A stretch of 48,041 nt of DNA from Vicugna vicugna (lineage: Eukaryota). The stretch's first letter is position 1. Each line of letters begins with the position of its first letter. The stretch lies in NCBI GenBank assembly GCA_013265495.1, contig MU057809.1:870001-918041 (forward strand), read 5' to 3'. Of the stretch, positions 46,331 through 48,041 are shown one piece after another. Below the pieces are notes generated by a model, which had not been told where the DNA came from, searched no databases, and saw only the letters and a list, made by a program, of their open reading frames with translations. Both the position numbers and the translations under genes were made by a program.

Positions 46331-46829
46331 ACAAAAAGGCCCACCGTCCCGCGGGCTGCACCTTCTCACTTGCCGACTCCCTGTGTGGCACTGGGTCCGC
46401 CCCGACTTCCTGCACCGTCCCACCATTCCGTCCCGAGAATCTGACGACTCCTCATCTCTCCCACCAGTATTTAAAAAGAAAAGCCCAAACGATCCATCTC
46501 TACACAAAGGGGGCCTGTGCAGAGCACGTGGACACACCTCCTCCGTCACACGGGCGTCCCTCAGGCCCCGCGGGCCCGTCCAGGGTCCTCTGTCTGTCTT
46601 TCCAGCTCTCTGGCTGCCGCTGTTGTGAGCGGAGTGTCTGCTTCCACTGCCTCGCTAACCTGCTAACCTGCTATTTCTGTTCACACGGAACTTGAAGCGT
46701 CCGCCTATTAGTTTTGTTCCCCATCCCTCGGCAGAGTCTCGGGTTGACCGCTGTCTGCCGGCCACCCCGGCCCCGTCACCTCCCTCCTCCCCTAGCACTC
46801 ATTTATACCTTCATCTCCTCCTGTCTGAC

Positions 46830-47900
46830 GCTGGTGACGAGCGTCTTCAGAATATTTAGTTACAGTTATAACACGGGACATCCTGGGCCTGTTTGCAGCA
46901 TCACTGGAACCAATCTAGTATCTTCTTATTCACAGCAGGTCAGGTTTTGGTTGAAACAGAAGTATTTTATCACGTTGAGAAATCACCCATATATTCGTAT
47001 TTTATGAAGACATTTTAATCAAGGCTGATTGTGGGATTTTGTCAAATGGCTTTCCAGCAAATACAAAGACACCCTCGGCCTGCCCTCGGCGCAACTGAGC
47101 ACCTGCTGACTTCCCGTCCTGACAGGTGTGTACGTGTGTGGACCCACGCACACAACACAGGCTCTCTTCCCGAAAGCTCTCCCCATGCCCCCTGCCCGGG
47201 GACGGCACACACAGTGTGGGCAGAACGTGACCTGTAGTGGGATTTCCTTGCAAAGCTGACTTCACCTGAAGCATTTTCCGTTTCTGTTTGTTGGAGGAGG
47301 TAGGGGTGGCTGTTTCATGACAACTTTGTGACAACTGGTCTGTTTGAAGCGTCTCTCTTCTGGAGTCAGTACTGATAGGTTACATTTTCCTAGAAAATTA
47401 CTCATTTCATTCACATTTGTACTTTAAATAGAATTAAGATTAATTCCTAACTCTCTTCATCGAGTGCATGCAGAAGGCATTATCCTTTTGCTTTTATGTA
47501 TCCTCCTCGCTGCCGAGGTAAGTGTGCGGAGCGGGTGTGCAGAGCCCAGTGGCCGCGCGGGACCGCGTCCGGGTCGGACCCAGGCCTCGGCAGCGCCGGG
47601 CGCCACTGCCCGTACCAGGCAGGGGCGCCGGGCTGGCGCCCCTGACTTCTTATTTCAGGTGGCCGTGCTCCCTACTAGGTCTTCACCAGGACTGCGAATA
47701 ATTAACACTTTTACTGGTTTCATTTCAAAGCACAGGCATTTGGCTTTTGTCTTTTATTTCTACCAGTTTTCAGTTTCTCATTAATTTCTGCTTTTAATCC
47801 CACAAGTGCCTGCCTTTTCCTTTACTGAGGTCTGCTCTGCTTCCCTCTCCCGGGTTCTCGAGCGGGTGTCCAATCCATACATGCTCTCTCTTTCTTGTTC
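46830..47900 (-). mobile_element. Very old LINE-1 ORF2 fragments
   Basis: ttttatcacgttgagaaatcaccc...ttttaatcaaggctgattgtgggattttgtcaaatggctttccagca, acattttcctagaaaattactcatttcattc and ttctcattaatttctgcttttaatc are reversed L1 ORF2 segments. Confidence 0.7.
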
Positions 47901-48034
47901 AAAAATGAGGAAGACTCATTAATTTTTTAATCCCACAAGTGCCTGCCTTTTCCTTTACTGAGGTCTGCTCTGCTTCCCTCTCCCGGGTTCTCGAGCGGGT
48001 GTCCAATCCATACATGCTCTCTCTTTCTTGTTCA
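47792..48034. repeat. Perfect 110-bp direct duplication (47792-47901 and 47925-48034)
   Basis: Both copies read ttttaatcccacaagtgcctgcc...atgctctctctttcttgttca with no mismatch; period 133 nt. Confidence 0.97.
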
Positions 48035-48041
48035 GTTCAAA

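Overview
Mammalian, very GC/CpG-rich genomic DNA lying inside the MAD1L1 gene (spindle-checkpoint protein MAD1) on the minus strand. Three internal coding exons are present: 44302-44390 (89 nt), 28336-28426 (91 nt) and 9798-10005 (208 nt, containing the MAD2-interaction motif). All have GT-AG boundaries and compatible phases, and match human exons 15-17 as I recall them. The rest is intron: decayed LINE-1 fragments strongly shifted toward GC, MLT1 and ERV-type LTRs, MIRs, two tRNA-derived SINEs of camelid type (suggesting camel/alpaca/llama), a 10-bp E-box-rich minisatellite, small tandem duplications and several AT-rich, motif-dense islands that look like enhancers. Almost all ORFs in the six-frame track are artefacts of high GC. 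I see no evidence of a complete novel biological system. The best leads are a possible fossil Tc1/mariner-type transposase frame at ~20 kb, an exonic cryptic splice donor in MAD1L1, substitutions in and next to the MAD2-binding motif, and patchy GC conversion within L1 fossils. Repeat family names and human comparisons come from memory, not from database searches.
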